Source of the DNA: an uncultured virus (IMG/VR IMGVR_UViG_3300014205_000018) | Taxonomy: Duplodnaviria > Heunggongvirae > Uroviricota > Caudoviricetes | Length of the DNA: 20,000 nt | IMG/VR virus record: IMGVR_UViG_3300014205_000018 | Reading direction: 5' to 3' (one strand) | Shown here: in pieces, positions 15,971 through 20,000 of the stretch | Position numbering within the stretch: position 1 is the stretch's first letter | Layout of the letters: each line of letters starts with the position of its first letter | Notes under the pieces: generated by a model | The model's database searches: none | Seen by the model: the letters and a program-made list of their open reading frames with translations, nothing else | What the model was told of the DNA's origin: nothing | Program-made: the position numbers and the translations under genes

Positions 15971-15979
15971 GGGATACCC

Positions 15980-16429
15980 ATGGCAACTACGACTTTCTCC
16001 GGCCCAGTACGCGCCGGCACCATCCGCGAAGGCACTGTAGCCGGCGGCCTCAATACAGGTAACGTCATTCTCGCGCAGACGTACGACACGGGCAACCTCA
16101 CGGGTGCTACGATCGGCAACGTCGACACGCGTATCGGTAACCTCCCGATGGGCGCTATCATCACCGACATCACCGTTGATCAGGTCGTTGCTTCGGCAAC
16201 AGGTACCACCACGGTTTCTGTCGGCAACGCATCGGGCGGCGCCCAGCTGATGGCCGCAGTGGCCACGACCGCCGGCGGCCGGTTCCGCGGAACAGCGACT
16301 GCTGCTACGCAGCTCGCATGGCAGACCAGCACCACCGCAGATACAGCACTGTGGGTGCGCAGTGCCACGGGCGGCGGTACGTTGACCGCAGGTCGTTTTG
16401 TGGTGACCGTGCACTACGTCCAGAAATAA
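15980..16429 (+). CDS. Virion structural protein (149 aa, MATTTFSGPVRAG...)
   Basis: Thr/Gly-rich; late operon. Confidence 0.75.
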   Translation: MATTTFSGPVRAGTIREGTVAGGLNTGNVILAQTYDTGNLTGATIGNVDTRIGNLPMGAIITDITVDQVVASATGTTTVSVGNASGGAQLMAAVATTAGGRFRGTATAATQLAWQTSTTADTALWVRSATGGGTLTAGRFVVTVHYVQK

Positions 16430-16441
16430 CAGGAGGCCGAC

Positions 16442-16765
16442 ATGGCACGGCCAATCACGCGGACGGTGTCGTCACAGGCGGCGTCCACACCCATTGCGCT
16501 CAACAACTTGAGCACGTCTCCGTTCAATGTCAGCCTTCTGGCGGACGTGACGGGGGACCTGACATACACCGTTCAGTACACACTGGACGACGTGTTTGCC
16601 AACAGCTACGTCCCCGCATCCGGGGTTTGGACGGCAGTGTCCGGTATGTCAGCCCAGACGGCGGATACCGCTGGCAGCTTGGCCTACCCGGTTACGGCGG
16701 TGCGTATAAACGTCTCGGCGTACACCAGCGGAAGCGTCGTGCTGACGGTGGTCCAACAGACTTGA
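16442..16765 (+). CDS. Hypothetical virion protein (107 aa)
   Basis: AGGAGG RBS. Confidence 0.75.
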   Translation: MARPITRTVSSQAASTPIALNNLSTSPFNVSLLADVTGDLTYTVQYTLDDVFANSYVPASGVWTAVSGMSAQTADTAGSLAYPVTAVRINVSAYTSGSVVLTVVQQT

Positions 16766-16766
16766 G

Positions 16767-17309
16767 GTGACTATGGACAAATCAGAAATCGATGCCGCAC
16801 GTGCCCAGGCTGGGCAGGTCGTGGTCATTCTCAAACCGTTGATCGACGCAATGAACGGTGCCGGCGCGGTGCTGTCCATCCTCTCCAATGCCGAGAAGCA
16901 CAAGACCGCGCTCGAGTCCGAGGTCGACACGCTTGTGGCAAGCCGGGACAAGTTGCAGGAAGAAGTCGACGCGCTGAAGTCGCAAATGGCAGAAGCGCAG
17001 GCTGCAGCTGCCAAGGCGGACGCTGACGCTCGGGCCCAGGCGCGCGACGCAGCAGCAAACGCGGCAAGGGCGGTGGCGGCAGCCGAAGCTGCTGCACAAG
17101 AACGGATCGCCGCGGCAGCTGCGAAGGCCCAGGAGAAAGAACAGGCGTTCACGGACGCCGTCATGGTGTCGCAGCAGGATCACGACAAGAAAATGGCGGA
17201 TATGTTCTCGCAGCAGCAGGAAGCCAGCGAGAGTGTGGACGCGTACGAGGCGCGATTGGCGGAGCTGCGCGAGAAGGCCAAGATTTTTGCGGCTTCGCTC
17301 ACGGGGTGA
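16767..17309 (+). CDS. Ala-rich coiled-coil protein
   Basis: Heptad-like Ala/Glu/Lys composition; start at GTG 16767 or ATG 16773. Confidence 0.7.
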   Translation: MTMDKSEIDAARAQAGQVVVILKPLIDAMNGAGAVLSILSNAEKHKTALESEVDTLVASRDKLQEEVDALKSQMAEAQAAAAKADADARAQARDAAANAARAVAAAEAAAQERIAAAAAKAQEKEQAFTDAVMVSQQDHDKKMADMFSQQQEASESVDAYEARLAELREKAKIFAASLTG

Positions 17310-17312
17310 TAT

Positions 17313-17567
17313 GTGGCGCTGCGTAACGGCTCGAGTGGACTATACGACGACCCGTATGTAGTCAACAACGTGCAGGAGGGGGACACCCTCTATGCCGGGA
17401 AGATCGCAAGCAGCGGCGCGTGGTTGGTACTTCGGTATGTGGCGGCCACAGGTGTGGTGGACTATGCCAACAGGTCGAACAACGCGGATGTCAGTGCGTA
17501 CGCCGACGCCTGGACCGGTAGAGCCGGGTTGACGTACGCAGCTTACCAGACACTGGTCGGTGTGTAG
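17313..17567 (+). CDS. Hypothetical protein (84 aa)
   Basis: Packed in the operon; WTGRAGLTY C-terminus. Confidence 0.65.
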   Translation: MALRNGSSGLYDDPYVVNNVQEGDTLYAGKIASSGAWLVLRYVAATGVVDYANRSNNADVSAYADAWTGRAGLTYAAYQTLVGV

Positions 17568-17591
17568 TGCTAGTTTGAATTGGAGAGAAAC

Positions 17592-17807
17592 ATGCGAATT
17601 GAATGCCTCACAACCTTCCTCGATGGGCGCGAGCGCTTCGAGGCTGGCGACATTTTCACGATCGACGACGCACACGGTGCGTACTTCGTCAAGAACGGAT
17701 GGGCCAAGGAGGCCGGCGCGCCTGACCCTGCACCCGCAGCGGACGACCCCGTAACCCTGGATGTGCAGCCCATGTCCCACAAACAAAAGGCGGTGACCCA
17801 TGGCTAA
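17592..17807 (+). CDS. Small hypothetical protein (71 aa)
   Basis: GGAGAG RBS before ATG 17592. Confidence 0.65.
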   Translation: MRIECLTTFLDGRERFEAGDIFTIDDAHGAYFVKNGWAKEAGAPDPAPAADDPVTLDVQPMSHKQKAVTHG

Positions 17808-18189
17808 ATTTGTCATTGATGCGGCGATGGACGCCATGTTGGCCTATCTGGCCGACTGTGACGAGATCAACGTCTGTTCTGCCCAACCTACGACCTACAC
17901 CGAGGCCATCACCACCTACTCGCTGGCAGACATTGCAGTGACCCCGGGCAATGGTAACGGTGACTTCACGATCGCCAACGGCGACACCAGCGGGCGAAAG
18001 CTCACGGTGGCGGCGCAGGCGGGTGTCCTGATCGACGCCAGCGGCACGGCCACGCATATCGCCGGCACGAAGTCAGGCGACACCACGCTGCGCTGGGTCA
18101 CGACCTGCACCAGCCAGGCGCTGACGGCCAACGGGTCGAACACGGTGAACATCCCGGCGTTTGATGACGAAGTGGCTGATCCAAGCTAA
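17800..18189 (+). CDS. Putative tail/virion structural protein (129 aa)
   Basis: Beta-rich Thr/Gly/Asp protein; overlaps the upstream stop. Confidence 0.7.
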   Translation: MAKFVIDAAMDAMLAYLADCDEINVCSAQPTTYTEAITTYSLADIAVTPGNGNGDFTIANGDTSGRKLTVAAQAGVLIDASGTATHIAGTKSGDTTLRWVTTCTSQALTANGSNTVNIPAFDDEVADPS

Positions 18190-18198
18190 GGGGGCGAC

Positions 18199-18510
18199 AT
18201 GGCTACATACGACGAACTTCTGACCATCGCAACCACGGCAAGCGGTGCGGGCCTAAAGAACAAGATACGCGTTGCCGCCGTTGTTGCTTGCGACACGATC
18301 CGCGCCGAAGCTGTGAACACGCCAAACCACGCAAACCGCATCATTTGGGCGGCGCGAACGCTGGATAACCCCGGCGCTGCCGCTGAAAAGCTCACATGGG
18401 CTGTGCTTGCGAAGAATCGTCTTGCTACGGCTGCGCAGATCACCGGAGCGGATGATGCGACCGTGCAAACTGCCGTTGATTCGGCCATTGACCTGATTGC
18501 GCAGGGCTGA
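18199..18510 (+). CDS. Hypothetical protein (103 aa)
   Basis: AAGGGGG RBS. Confidence 0.7.
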   Translation: MATYDELLTIATTASGAGLKNKIRVAAVVACDTIRAEAVNTPNHANRIIWAARTLDNPGAAAEKLTWAVLAKNRLATAAQITGADDATVQTAVDSAIDLIAQG

Positions 18511-18512
18511 CC

Positions 18513-18899
18513 ATGCTCGGCGTCCGCTATCGCTATCAAGCCTACAACGGCACAGGTGTATCGGTGACTGTGACGGTCAAGGACATCGCATTCAAGTTCG
18601 CATCTGATGGTTCGCTGACTTTCTCGACGGAGACGGCGCACATCAGCGCGGTAAGCGTGTCCACGGTGTCTTACAGCAACGCAACCAGCGTTGACAACAG
18701 CACCAACAAATATCTTGGTTCTGACATCACATGGACTGCGGCCCCCGGATCGTCTGCAACCGGAACGGTATCGATCTACTTGCAGCGCTCTACTGACGGC
18801 GGCACGACGTGGCCTAGCAATGGACAGGGCGAGTTCATAAGCGGTATCAGTTTCAGCGCATCCAGCACATCGGTGACGAAGAACGCGAAAGTGCGGTAA
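18513..18899 (+). CDS. Ser/Thr-rich hypothetical virion protein (128 aa)
   Basis: Contains an Asp-box-like STDGGTTW. Confidence 0.7.
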   Translation: MLGVRYRYQAYNGTGVSVTVTVKDIAFKFASDGSLTFSTETAHISAVSVSTVSYSNATSVDNSTNKYLGSDITWTAAPGSSATGTVSIYLQRSTDGGTTWPSNGQGEFISGISFSASSTSVTKNAKVR

Positions 18900-18905
18900 G
18901 GCGTC

Positions 18906-20000
18906 ATGGCGCTGATTCAATACGCTGCGCCGTGGGATCGCCAGCCGCAGGAGGCGGTCGGAGTTGATTGGATCAACCCACTTACAAATGGGTTGATCTT
19001 TTCATCCTCGCTGGCGTCAGGGGGTGGGTTTCGGGATGAGGTCGGTGGGCTTCGCCCAACGATAAATGGCACGGTAGCGCAAGGCCCCACAGGTGACGGC
19101 ACGGGCGCTGTGTTTTCGGGCTCCGATTACCTGGATTTCGGCGCCAGTCAGATCATCCCGCTCGGGACGCCTTTTACTCTAACGTTCTACGAGGAGGTCA
19201 CTGCAACCAGCAGTTACGCGGCAATGCTGGGATTGGTTGCCGGCTCAAGACAGTTCCTGTGGATTCGCGGCACCAGTAGCTATGTCTGCGTGCTGGGCGT
19301 AGCCGACGGCACCACTGTAGTGAAATTCGCCAGCATGCCGGCGCAGTTCGTGGGCGAGCGAATTCGGTTCGTTCTGACGGGCGATGCAATCGACAGCAAC
19401 AGCGGATTGCGCTTGTGGGCAAATGGTGTTGAGCAAACACAGACAGGGGGGTCATTCGGGGCCACGTCCGCAAGTTCGAACAAACTCGGATGGGACGGGG
19501 CAGACGAGAAATTCCAAGGGAGAATTTCCGATCTCCACATGCTTGCAAGGCGGTGGAGTACAGAGGAAGTCGAATCGTTTTTCGACGCGCCATGGCAACT
19601 ATTCGCCCCCCAGGCCATCCCGGTTCCGGTATCGGCTGGCGGTGGCACCGTCACCCTGGCGGCACAGGACGCAGCGCACGCGCACGCACTGGACAACGCG
19701 GCACTGTCGATAGGCGTCACGCTAACTGTCGCTGATTTGGCGCATGGGCATGCGCTGGATGCGTCGACCCTCTCCACCGGCACTGCGCTTGCCGTCGCCG
19801 ACAGCCTGCACGCCCATGCGCTGGATAACGTCACGCTGTCGACGACCGGGGCCACGTCGCTGACCGTGGCCGACTCCCTGCACGCGCACGCCCTGGATAA
19901 CGTGGGCCTGACCAGCGATGCATATCTGGCCGTCGCGGACATGCTGCACGCGCACGCCCTGGATAACGTGGGCCTGACCAGCGATGCATATCTGGCCGTC
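18906..20000 (+). CDS. LamG/ConA-like domain protein with His-rich tandem repeats (tail fibre/adhesin), 3'-truncated
   Basis: Translated by hand, open for 365 codons: WDRQPQ..DW.NPL, FSGSDYLDFG, LRLWANGV, FQGRISDLHMLARRWSTEEV, then repeats of L.VAD..HAHALDN..L. Confidence 0.75.
   Translation, partial: MALIQYAAPWDRQPQEAVGVDWINPLTNGLIFSSSLASGGGFRDEVGGLRPTINGTVAQGPTGDGTGAVFSGSDYLDFGASQIIPLGTPFTLTFYEEVTATSSYAAMLGLVAGSRQFLWIRGTSSYVCVLGVADGTTVVKFASMPAQFVGERIRFVLTGDAIDSNSGLRLWANGVEQTQTGGSFGATSASSNKLGWDGADEKFQGRISDLHMLARRWSTEEVESFFDAPWQLFAPQAIPVPVSAGGGTVTLAAQDAAHAHALDNAALSIGVTLTVADLAHGHALDASTLSTGTALAVADSLHAHALDNVTLSTTGATSLTVADSLHAHALDNVGLTSDAYLAVADMLHAHALDNVGLTSDAYLAV
19878..20000 (+). repeat. Exact 57-bp duplication with 66-bp period inside the coding repeat
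   Basis: 19878-19934 is identical to 19944-20000. Confidence 0.9.

Overview
Part of a GC-rich tailed phage genome (podovirus-like head module) with two divergent arms around a non-coding control region at about 5.6-5.95 kb. The left arm (1-5565, minus strand) is a run of small, mostly unknown early-type genes. It is punctuated by six copies of a 23-bp perfect palindrome (TAACTCCCGA-N3-TCGGGAGTTA), by shared identical ribosome-binding leaders, by RNA-like hairpins and by a ~320-bp nested inverted repeat with an (AT)n core. The right arm (5984-20000, plus strand) is the morphogenesis operon: putative TerS, small ORFs, TerL, P22-like portal, GroES-like co-chaperonin, putative scaffold, Mu gpT-like major capsid protein, a terminator, a double-pseudoknot RNA element, virion proteins and a truncated LamG-like protein with His-rich repeats. 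The most notable unexplained system is the palindrome-delimited, cassette-like early gene array. A second palindrome family (GATTAATTAATC) also occurs, including inside GC-rich genes. All family assignments come from motif recognition by eye; no database search was run.
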